Part shown: positions 1-7,665 of the stretch, piece by piece | Layout: every line of letters begins with the position of its first letter | Numbering within the stretch: position 1 is the stretch's first letter | DNA from: a virus | Lineage: Duplodnaviria; Caudoviricetes | Length of the DNA stretch: 41,233 bases | Direction: 5' to 3' (one strand) | Virus record (IMG/VR): IMGVR_UViG_3300025451_000024 | Location: 1 to 41,233 of that record | The notes under the pieces: generated by a model | What the model was told of the DNA's origin: nothing | What the model saw: only the letters and a program-made list of their open reading frames with translations | Databases searched by the model: none | Program-made: the position numbers and the translations under genes

Positions 1-631
1 CGCCCTCCAGATGTCCCAGAAGATCAAGGCCGCCAAGTCGACCTTTGCCGACGCCGTGATCAACGGTGACGAGGCTTCTTGGCTCGACAGCTTCGACGGC
101 CTGGACAAGATCCTGACCGGCACCAGCACCGAGTTGGATTTCACCGCCGACGCGACCGCCGACGCGACCGCCGTCAACACCCGCGAGAAGGGCCTCGCCT
201 TCATGAAGGTGCTCCGGCGCCTCATCTCGCGCATGGACGGCACCCCCGACGCGTTCCTGATGAACGCCGACGCGCTGTCGGCTCTCGAGTCGGTCGCCGA
301 GTACGTGTCGGCCCTGACCACGATGGACGCGTTCGGCCAGAAGGTGTCGGCCTGGCGCGGCATCCCGTTCATCGATCTGGGCGAGAAGGCCGGTTCTGCC
401 GACCCGATCATCCCGCTCGCGACCGGCAAGACCGACATCTACGCGGTTCGCTTCGGGCTCGACGGCTTCCACGGCGTCAGCGCGATGGGTGGCGACCTGG
501 TCTGGTCGGCGCTGCCCGACTTCAACACCCCCGGCGCCGTCAAGACCGGCGAGGTCGAGATGGGACCGGTCGGTGTCGTGCTCAAGGCGACCCGCGCGGC
601 CGCTGTCGCCCGCAACGTGAAGGTTGCCTGA
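1..631 (+). CDS. Major capsid protein, C-terminal part (N-terminus at 40927-41233)
   Basis: Frame open from the window start (ALQMSQKIKAA...GEVEMGPVGVVLKATRAAAVARNVKV); resembles actinophage major capsid C-termini; followed by head-completion genes. Confidence 0.9.
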   Translation, partial: ALQMSQKIKAAKSTFADAVINGDEASWLDSFDGLDKILTGTSTELDFTADATADATAVNTREKGLAFMKVLRRLISRMDGTPDAFLMNADALSALESVAEYVSALTTMDAFGQKVSAWRGIPFIDLGEKAGSADPIIPLATGKTDIYAVRFGLDGFHGVSAMGGDLVWSALPDFNTPGAVKTGEVEMGPVGVVLKATRAAAVARNVKVA

Positions 632-673
632 GCTTAGCTCGGGCCGCCCGCACACTAGCAAGAGGAGCCAACC

Positions 674-964
674 ATGGCCAAGAACATCAAGTCCCCGATC
701 TCGACCTACACCGGCACCCAACATATCGGCGGGGTGACCCTGGACTTCCGGGACGGAAAGGCCGAGGTCGGGGTTCTCACCGCCCCGGTCGAGGCGTACC
801 TGAAGCGCCGCGGCTACGAGATCTCGGGCCGGAACGACGCCGACGCCAAGGCCGCGGCTGACGCCAAGGCCGCGGCTGACGCCAAGGCCAAGGCCAAGGC
901 CGCGGCCGACGCCAAGGCCGCGGCCGACGCCAAGGCCGCGGCTGACGCGGGTGGTGTCCTGTGA
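674..964 (+). CDS. Small virion-associated protein with DAKAAA repeats
   Basis: AGAGGAG RBS; directly after capsid gene; low-complexity C-terminus. Confidence 0.75.
   Translation: MAKNIKSPISTYTGTQHIGGVTLDFRDGKAEVGVLTAPVEAYLKRRGYEISGRNDADAKAAADAKAAADAKAKAKAAADAKAAADAKAAADAGGVL
836..948 (+). repeat. 18-bp tandem coding repeat GACGCCAAGGCCGCGGC(T/C)
   Basis: Seen directly; encodes (DAKAAA)n. Confidence 0.9.
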
Positions 965-1365
965 CCACCATCAGGGATGCCGCGGTCAACCCGCTTTCCA
1001 AGGACTTCTTGGAGCCGATCAACGCTGGCGCACCGCTCCCGCTCGGCGACCCGCACGGCCCGTTCGTCGTGAGCCCCGAGCTCCACGCGAACGAGGACGT
1101 TCGGCCGCTGGTGTCGGGTCTGGTGTCGAGCGACCCGGCCGTCCAGGAGGCCACTGAGAAGGCGAGCCTGGTCGCCGCCATGAACTTGCCGCAGGCGTTC
1201 GCCGCCACGACCGCGCTCGCCCTCGGCAAGCGCGTCGGGCTCGCCGACGGCAAGGTTCTGGAAGTCAGCGTGGCTGGCACCACCGGGGCCTCTGCCCCGG
1301 TCGGGCCGGGCTCGGTCGGCGGCACCGTCGTCAACGGCACCGCGACGTTCAAGCGGATCGCCTGA
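961..1365 (+). CDS. Putative head decoration/fibre protein, possible small carbohydrate-binding-like C-terminal module
   Basis: GTGA overlap with previous gene; C-terminal AxTTAxxxGxxV...AGTTG...NGT pattern. Confidence 0.6.
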   Translation: MTTIRDAAVNPLSKDFLEPINAGAPLPLGDPHGPFVVSPELHANEDVRPLVSGLVSSDPAVQEATEKASLVAAMNLPQAFAATTALALGKRVGLADGKVLEVSVAGTTGASAPVGPGSVGGTVVNGTATFKRIA

Positions 1366-1368
1366 GCC

Positions 1369-1830
1369 ATGCGCACCTATATCTCCCTGGAAGCATTCGC
1401 CGACGAGCTCGGTCTGGAGGTAGTCGATGACGCGATCGTCGACGACGCCACCGGGGCGCGAATGACTTCCAGGGGGATTGTGGCCGCGAGCCTCGCTGTC
1501 GACAGCTACCTCAAGAGCGCGGTCTACCGGGCCGACCCCGAGGGGTTCCCGCATGACGACTTCCTCCGGGACATCTTTGTGGAGGCCACGATGGCGCAGG
1601 CGATCGCCATCTGGGACAACGAGAAGTCCCGTCTGGCGGGGGTCGCCCTCAGTCCGCTCGGCAAGCCTCTTCAGAGCGCCAGCATCGGCGGGGCGAGCTA
1701 CACCGTCGACCGAACCGCCGCAGGGGCTCAGATCGGATACCAGATGCCCGCAGACGGGGGCCTCTGCCTGGCGGCCTCGCAAATCCTCGACTCGGCCAAC
1801 CTCACGACGTCGGTGATCGTCTATGGCTGA
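1369..1830 (+). CDS. Head-to-tail adaptor
   Basis: Position; AS..VD..L...Y and EATMAQA...SASIGGASY motifs typical of adaptors. Confidence 0.75.
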   Translation: MRTYISLEAFADELGLEVVDDAIVDDATGARMTSRGIVAASLAVDSYLKSAVYRADPEGFPHDDFLRDIFVEATMAQAIAIWDNEKSRLAGVALSPLGKPLQSASIGGASYTVDRTAAGAQIGYQMPADGGLCLAASQILDSANLTTSVIVYG

Positions 1831-2143
1831 GGTCCCCCTCGCCTTCTTGGTGCACCGGGTCGACGTGAGCACCTACTCGGGTACTGGCGCGCTCGGCGAC
1901 ACGTTCGCGGCGCCGGTCGAGATCCCGTGCCTGATCGAGCAGACCCGCAGGCTTGTGCGCAGCCTGGACGGCGAGGAAGTGGTCAGCGAGGCGTCGATCG
2001 TCATGCGCCGCGAGTGGATTCCGACGTGCACCCCGAGGTCCAAGATCTCGTTCAACGGGCGCGACACCGAAATCATCGCGGCGTCCGACCGCAGTGACGG
2101 CGGCCTCGGCGCCTGGCAGCACCTCTCGATCGCGACGGGCTAG
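1823..2143 (+). CDS. Head-to-tail stopper
   Basis: Position; RRLVRSLDGEEVVSE motif typical of actinophage stoppers. Confidence 0.75.
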   Translation: MAEVPLAFLVHRVDVSTYSGTGALGDTFAAPVEIPCLIEQTRRLVRSLDGEEVVSEASIVMRREWIPTCTPRSKISFNGRDTEIIAASDRSDGGLGAWQHLSIATG

Positions 2144-2147
2144 GGCC

Positions 2148-2504
2148 ATGGCCGGCTGGGAAGTGACCGGCATCGCGGGCCGCTTGTCGGTGTTCGAGCG
2201 GGCGTTCCAGGGCGACGCGATTGAGCAAGCCTTGCGCGAGGTCGGCGAGTACATTCTCGAAGAGTCGAGCCGTCAGGTTCCTCTCGAGGTCGGCGACTTG
2301 CAAGACAGCGGCCGGGTAACGGTCGACGGGAACACCGTCGCGGTCAGCTACGATACACCCTACGCGGTTCGGCAGCACGAAGAGATGGACTATCGCCACG
2401 ACGCGGGGCGCAAGGCCAAGTATCTCGAAGACCCCATGAACGCGGCCGCGCAAGGCCCTGCTCAGCGCATTATCGGCGAACGGCTCGGGAGGGAGTTCAA
2501 GTGA
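2148..2504 (+). CDS. Neck/tail-completion protein (HK97 gp10-like / minor capsid)
   Basis: VPLEVGDLQDSG...YDTPYAVRQHE...AKYLEDP motif; start placed at ATG 2148. Confidence 0.8.
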   Translation: MAGWEVTGIAGRLSVFERAFQGDAIEQALREVGEYILEESSRQVPLEVGDLQDSGRVTVDGNTVAVSYDTPYAVRQHEEMDYRHDAGRKAKYLEDPMNAAAQGPAQRIIGERLGREFK

Positions 2505-2923
2505 CCTACGAGATCGAGCTGGTCACGGCGATCGCCGAGCTACTCGACGCCGCGGGCGTCTCCGAGTGGCAGTCGTCGGGCGCTTATGCGCCGACGGGTG
2601 GCCCCATCACCGTAATCCGCACAGTCCCTGACGTAGCGCGTGCCGTGGTCACCCTCTCCACATATCCGGTGCTCGACGCCTGGGGCTGGGACGACCACGT
2701 CACCGGGGTTCAGGTACGCACCCGCTACCCCGGAACCAACCCGCTCGACGTGGACCAACTCGACGACGCCATCTACCAACTCTTGCACGGCAGGCACGGC
2801 GCGCAGCTGGGGCCGCACCGCATTTCCAAGATCAGCCGCCAGTCCGGCGCCTCGCTCGGACCGGACGAGAACAAGCGCTGGGCACGTAGTTCCAACTACT
2901 ATGTCCACGGGCCACGTAACTAG
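2501..2923 (+). CDS. Tail terminator
   Basis: Position before tail tube; VQVRTR...LHG...RQSGASLGPDENKRW..NYY. Confidence 0.75.
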   Translation: MTYEIELVTAIAELLDAAGVSEWQSSGAYAPTGGPITVIRTVPDVARAVVTLSTYPVLDAWGWDDHVTGVQVRTRYPGTNPLDVDQLDDAIYQLLHGRHGAQLGPHRISKISRQSGASLGPDENKRWARSSNYYVHGPRN

Positions 2924-2934
2924 CAGGAGGACAG

Positions 2935-3201
2935 ATGGCTGACACAGAGATGTACCGAGGCGACGACGAGATCTCGGTCCCCGAGGAGCTCGTCTCGGCA
3001 ATGACCGGCCGCGGCTGGTCGACCGCCGAGAAGAACGCCGGGGAGAACCACCCCCCGATTGCCCCCGACAGCACCCCCGAGGGCGCGCCCGAGGGCACCA
3101 CCACCGAGAAGAACGCCGGGGAGAACCACCCCCCGGTTGCCCCCGACAGCACCCCCGAGGGTGCGCCCGCGGGCACCACCAAGGCGCAAAGGAGCCGGTG
3201 A
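2935..3201 (+). CDS. Small acidic Pro/Thr-rich protein with 26-aa duplication
   Basis: AGGAGG RBS; internal 78-bp tandem repeat. Confidence 0.7.
   Translation: MADTEMYRGDDEISVPEELVSAMTGRGWSTAEKNAGENHPPIAPDSTPEGAPEGTTTEKNAGENHPPVAPDSTPEGAPAGTTKAQRSR
3022..3180 (+). repeat. 78-bp tandem duplication (2 copies)
   Basis: GAGAAGAACGCCGGGGAGAACCACCCCCCG at 3028 and 3106. Confidence 0.9.
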
Positions 3202-3202
3202 C

Positions 3203-3706
3203 ATGACCGTCACAAACCGCGAAACCCTCGGCGACGTAATCCTCAACGGGACCTGGTACGTCGACGTCAACACGGGAACCGTCGAAACCCCCACGTGGAC
3301 GCCCGTCAACGGCATCTACGATTTCAAGGATTCGCTCGACTCGAAGTCCATCGACGTGTCCGACTTCAGCTCCGACGGCTGGGCCGACAACCAGAACGTC
3401 GGTAAGAGCTGGGGCCTGGACTTCAAGGTGTGGCGCAAGCGCCGCGCCGCGTCGGTTGCCTACGACCCGGGTCAGGAGTTCATCCGGCTCCAGAACGGCG
3501 AGTCGATCGGCGTCCGGTTCTACGAGATGTCGGGCGACGGCACCCTCACGACCGGCGACCCCCGCACCGAGGCATACTCGGGCACGGTGTCCGTCAAGTG
3601 GAGCCCCGACGGTGGCAAGTTCGACGACGGCCGTTCGGTGTCCGTCACGCTCACGGGCAAGGGTCGGCGCACGTCGATCACGCACCCCGACCCGAACGCG
3701 GCCTAG
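3203..3706 (+). CDS. Major tail (tube) protein
   Basis: AAGGAG RBS; WYVDVNTG...DGW...YDPGQE...VTLTGKG motifs; position before chaperones and tape measure. Confidence 0.85.
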   Translation: MTVTNRETLGDVILNGTWYVDVNTGTVETPTWTPVNGIYDFKDSLDSKSIDVSDFSSDGWADNQNVGKSWGLDFKVWRKRRAASVAYDPGQEFIRLQNGESIGVRFYEMSGDGTLTTGDPRTEAYSGTVSVKWSPDGGKFDDGRSVSVTLTGKGRRTSITHPDPNAA

Positions 3707-3788
3707 GCCCGCACCAGTACTCGGGGGCACCGCGTTGGGCTGAGCGCGGTGCCTCTGGGATCAGCCCACATCAGCCGCAGGAGGAAGC

Positions 3789-4256
3789 ATGGCCTTCAAG
3801 AATGCAGACGCTTTCGGGTACTCGATCGCGCTGCCCGTACGCGGCCGCATCTACGTGATCGAGTCGCCCCCCGTCGATATCGGCCACTCGATCGTCAGCA
3901 CGACCGTGATGGCGGGTCGGCTCAACGATCTCGGCTCGGCACTCCAAAGCCTGGCGCCCGACGATCCCGACCGACCGAAACTCGAGGGCCAGATCAGGGA
4001 GCTCGCCGAGGGGCTTGAGGTGCCTGACAACCTCCAGGGCGACTACTTGCGTAGCGTGCTGGGCGCGGCCTACGACGAGATGATCGAGAACAAAGAGCCA
4101 TTCGAGCTGGTCAAGCTCGCGGCGTCGACCGTATCGGTCTGGGTCATCAACGGCCGCGAGGCCGCCGAGGACTTCTGGAACAGCGGGGGTCGGCCGCCCC
4201 GCCCTCGGAAGGCGCTGGGGGATCGGCGCCGGAAGAAGACGGGTACGTCGAAGTAA
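3789..4256 (+). CDS. Tail assembly chaperone (G-like)
   Basis: AGGAGG RBS; between tail tube and tape measure genes. Confidence 0.8.
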   Translation: MAFKNADAFGYSIALPVRGRIYVIESPPVDIGHSIVSTTVMAGRLNDLGSALQSLAPDDPDRPKLEGQIRELAEGLEVPDNLQGDYLRSVLGAAYDEMIENKEPFELVKLAASTVSVWVINGREAAEDFWNSGGRPPRPRKALGDRRRKKTGTSK

Positions 4257-4276
4257 CCGAGAACAACCCGGCAGGG

Positions 4277-4549
4277 TTGCCGCGCGTCTGGGTCCCCGAA
4301 GAGCGACGCGCGGCGGCGAGCCCGGCTAGCCGCTGGCGCGACATTCTTAGCCGGTGGTCGGCCATTAAGCTCGACATCCATGAGGTGTTCGGCGTAGACC
4401 TGGACGACCCCGACGTGCGCGCCCGCAAGAGTTGGGGCTGGGCGATCGCCAGGATAGAGGGTCTGCTGACGATGCCGTGTAGGCTGATCACGCCGGGCGG
4501 AAAGGCTCGCCCGGCCAACAGACTTCAGGCAACGTACTGGCCCGAGTAG
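4277..4549 (+). CDS. Tail assembly chaperone, second ORF (T-like; probably reached by -1 frameshift)
   Basis: In the -1 frame relative to 3789-4256, open back to at least ~4202; W..I..D....GVDL...SW.W...RI.GLL motif; no obvious RBS. Confidence 0.7.
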   Translation: MPRVWVPEERRAAASPASRWRDILSRWSAIKLDIHEVFGVDLDDPDVRARKSWGWAIARIEGLLTMPCRLITPGGKARPANRLQATYWPE

Positions 4550-4560
4550 GGGAGGCAACC

Positions 4561-7500
4561 GTGGCGCTCAACCTCGGCGAGATTTACGGCCAAGTAGGGT
4601 TGGACACCGGCCCGCTGAGCGCGGGGTTCGCCAAGGCCCGGTCGATGCTGTCCGACTGGGGCCAGCAGATGTCCAAGAAGTCGGACGACGACGGCAAAGA
4701 GGCCGGGTCGAAATGGACGACAGGCTGGCGGGGGGCCGCCCTTATCGGGGCGGGCACCGCGGGGATTGCGGTCGCCTCGGTGATCGTCGGCTCGGTCGTG
4801 CGGGGCATGAACCTGGAGCCAGCTGTCGACAAGATGCGCGCCCAGCTGGGTCTCAGCGAGGGGCAGGCCGCGCTGATCGGCAAGGCCGCGGGGCAGGCGT
4901 ACAAGAACAACTTTGGCGCGAGCCTGGAGGAAGTTACCGCGGCCGCGGGCATCGTCGTGTCCAGCATGAAGGACATGAAGAACGCGACTGTCGGCGAGAT
5001 CCAGGACATGACCGAGAAGGTCATCACGCTGAGCGACCTGTTCGAGATCGACGTGGGCCGGGCCGCGCAGGTAGCGGGCCAGATGGTGAAGTCGGGGTTC
5101 GCCAAGACGTCGACCGAGGCGATTGACCTACTGACCGCCAGCTTGCAGAAGGTACCCGCGAACGTCCGCGAGGACATCATGGACGCCATCGACGAGTACG
5201 GCCCCTTCATGAAGAACCTCGGCTTGTCGGGGCAGGAAGCGATGGAGCTCCTCGTCAAGGCTTCTGAGAAGGGCATGTACGGCATCGACAAGACGGGCGA
5301 CGCGCTGAAGGAATTCACGATCCGGGCGACCGATATGTCCAAGGCGACCGGCACCGCGTACGGCACGCTCGGGCTCAACCAAGAAAAGATGACGAACGCA
5401 CTGCTCGCCGGGGGCGACAAGGGCAAGGCCGCATTTGACAAGATCGTCGGCGGCCTGCTCGGCATGAAGGACCCCGCGGCGCAGTCCCAAGCGGCGCTCG
5501 CCTTGTTCGGTGTCCCACTCGAAGACATGAACGTCAACGAGATCCCGCAGTTCCTGAAGGGCCTGAAGACGGGTACCGGCGAGCTGAACAACTTCAAGGG
5601 CGCGACCCGCGACGCGGCCAACGTGATGGGCGATAACGCGCAGGCGAACATCAGCACCTTCATGCGAACGCTGGAGGTGTTCGCGGTCGACACCATCGGT
5701 AACAAGGTGCTGCCCAAGGTCAACGAGTTCACAGCCTGGTTCGCCCAGAATCTTCAGCCCGCGCTGGAGGGCGGCGTCAAGAATCTCGAAGGGTTCGGCA
5801 AGTGGGTCCAGGACAACACCGGATGGCTTCTCCCCCTCGGTACCGCGCTCGTGGTCGTCGCGGCCGGGCTCGGGGCGATCGCGGCCGCGCAAGCCGTGGT
5901 CGCCGGGGGCGGGCTAATCGCGTTCATCGCGAACGCGGTGAAGTCGACTCAGCTCTGGACCGCGGGGCAGTGGTTGCTCAACGCGGCACTGACGGCCAAC
6001 CCGATCGGCCTGATCGTCATTGGGATCGCGGCCCTGGTAGCCGCGTTCATCGTGGCGTACAACAGCAGCGAGGACTTTCGGAACGCGGTCAACGGCGCGC
6101 TCGAGAAGGTGCGCGGGGCCGCGCAGGCGGTCGCCGACTGGTTCACCGGCCCGTTCGCCAAGTTCTGGGTCGACCTTTGGAACGCCTGCTCGCGCAACGT
6201 GACGGGCTTCTTCGAGACCGTCAGCCGCATCTGGAACGACCTGACCGGGTTCGTCGACCGCAAGGTGAACGACCTGGCAAACGGGGTCAAGGGCGGTTTC
6301 GAGAACGCCAAGAAGTGGGGCGAGGACGCCATGAACGGCCTGTTCACGAACGGCCGCAAGGGGTGGGACGCCTTCCAGTCGTACCAGGGCCGCTGGAACG
6401 AGGCCTACGGCAAGCTTCTGCGGGGCGACTTCAAGGGGTTCGCTAAGGACGTCGAAGGTATCTGGGGCGACCTGACCAAGGGCCTCCAGAAGACCTGGGA
6501 GGGCTTCCGTAAGGGCGTCGCCGACATCTGGGACAAGCTGCCCGCCGACATCAAGGCCCCCATTCGCCAGGCCGTCTCGTGGATCAACGACACCTTCATC
6601 GGCGGCATCAACGGCATGCTCGGCAAGCTGAACATCTCATGGCGAATCCCACAGATCCCGGGTTTCGCCGAGGGCGGGTACACCGGCCACGGTGGCAAGT
6701 ATGAGGCGGCCGGGCTCGTGCACCGTGGCGAGGTCGTCTGGTCCCAGGAAGACGTAGCTGCCCACGGCGGACCGCAGGCGGTCGACGACATGCGGCGCAA
6801 GCGAGGCGACTCCCTCACGAGCGCCAAGACCGGCGATCTCGAGGACGGGTTCGCCCGGGGCGGCATCGTGCCGAACGCGCGGCAGGGCTTCCGCGGGTAC
6901 AACCCGGCCTTCCTGGCAGCCGCGAAAGCTTGGGCCGCCGCGTCGGGGCGCACGTGGCGCATGACCGGCAACGGTGGCGCCCGATCGTTCGCTGATCAGC
7001 TCCGGGCCTGGAACTTGTACAAGGCCGGCAAGGGACCGCTAGCGGCCAATCCGTACAAGGGCGGGCCGCACATGATCCCGGGCAACGCCATGGACCTCAA
7101 CCCGCACCCGCGGGGCAACCCGCTACTCCGGGCTTTTGGGCTCGGCACCCCGGTTCCGTCCGAGGGCTGGCACCTCGGGTGGGCCGGGGGCGGCCGCAGA
7201 GGCGGAGGCCCCGCGACTGGGGGCGGGGGCGGAAGCTTTGATTTCGGCCTCGGCGCCATGATCAAGGGCCTGCTACGGCGCATGAACGTGGCCGAGCCGT
7301 GGGAGTCGGTCATCGAAACCTCCCTGAAGCGGACGCCCGAGGCGATCTTCAAGAAGGCCATCGGCGGGTTCAGCATGGGAACCGACTACGCGCCCTCTGG
7401 TGTGTCGTCGGTCGCCGAGAACGGCGCGGAGCTCGTACTCGGCAAGTCCCTCCGCGCGTTCAGGGGAGGTGAGCGCGTCCTCAATGCCTCTCAGACGTCC

Positions 7501-7665
7501 AGCGTGCTCGGCGGGGGCATTACCCCGGAGGACATCCGCAAGGCCCTAGAGGGGCTCCGCGTCGATATCGCGAACGGCCGTATCTTCTTTGACGAGAACA
7601 TGGCTCGGCACGACGCTAAGCTGAACGTGGAATCGCACCTTGTCGGCGCTGGAGGGAGGGCCTAA
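4561..7665 (+). CDS. Tape measure protein with C-terminal M15-like peptidase domain
   Basis: 1034 aa; EYGPF/GDALKEF tape-measure core, hydrophobic ANPIGLIV segment, Trp repeats, GFAxGG motifs. Confidence 0.95.
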   Translation: MALNLGEIYGQVGLDTGPLSAGFAKARSMLSDWGQQMSKKSDDDGKEAGSKWTTGWRGAALIGAGTAGIAVASVIVGSVVRGMNLEPAVDKMRAQLGLSEGQAALIGKAAGQAYKNNFGASLEEVTAAAGIVVSSMKDMKNATVGEIQDMTEKVITLSDLFEIDVGRAAQVAGQMVKSGFAKTSTEAIDLLTASLQKVPANVREDIMDAIDEYGPFMKNLGLSGQEAMELLVKASEKGMYGIDKTGDALKEFTIRATDMSKATGTAYGTLGLNQEKMTNALLAGGDKGKAAFDKIVGGLLGMKDPAAQSQAALALFGVPLEDMNVNEIPQFLKGLKTGTGELNNFKGATRDAANVMGDNAQANISTFMRTLEVFAVDTIGNKVLPKVNEFTAWFAQNLQPALEGGVKNLEGFGKWVQDNTGWLLPLGTALVVVAAGLGAIAAAQAVVAGGGLIAFIANAVKSTQLWTAGQWLLNAALTANPIGLIVIGIAALVAAFIVAYNSSEDFRNAVNGALEKVRGAAQAVADWFTGPFAKFWVDLWNACSRNVTGFFETVSRIWNDLTGFVDRKVNDLANGVKGGFENAKKWGEDAMNGLFTNGRKGWDAFQSYQGRWNEAYGKLLRGDFKGFAKDVEGIWGDLTKGLQKTWEGFRKGVADIWDKLPADIKAPIRQAVSWINDTFIGGINGMLGKLNISWRIPQIPGFAEGGYTGHGGKYEAAGLVHRGEVVWSQEDVAAHGGPQAVDDMRRKRGDSLTSAKTGDLEDGFARGGIVPNARQGFRGYNPAFLAAAKAWAAASGRTWRMTGNGGARSFADQLRAWNLYKAGKGPLAANPYKGGPHMIPGNAMDLNPHPRGNPLLRAFGLGTPVPSEGWHLGWAGGGRRGGGPATGGGGGSFDFGLGAMIKGLLRRMNVAEPWESVIETSLKRTPEAIFKKAIGGFSMGTDYAPSGVSSVAENGAELVLGKSLRAFRGGERVLNASQTSSVLGGGITPEDIRKALEGLRVDIANGRIFFDENMARHDAKLNVESHLVGAGGRA

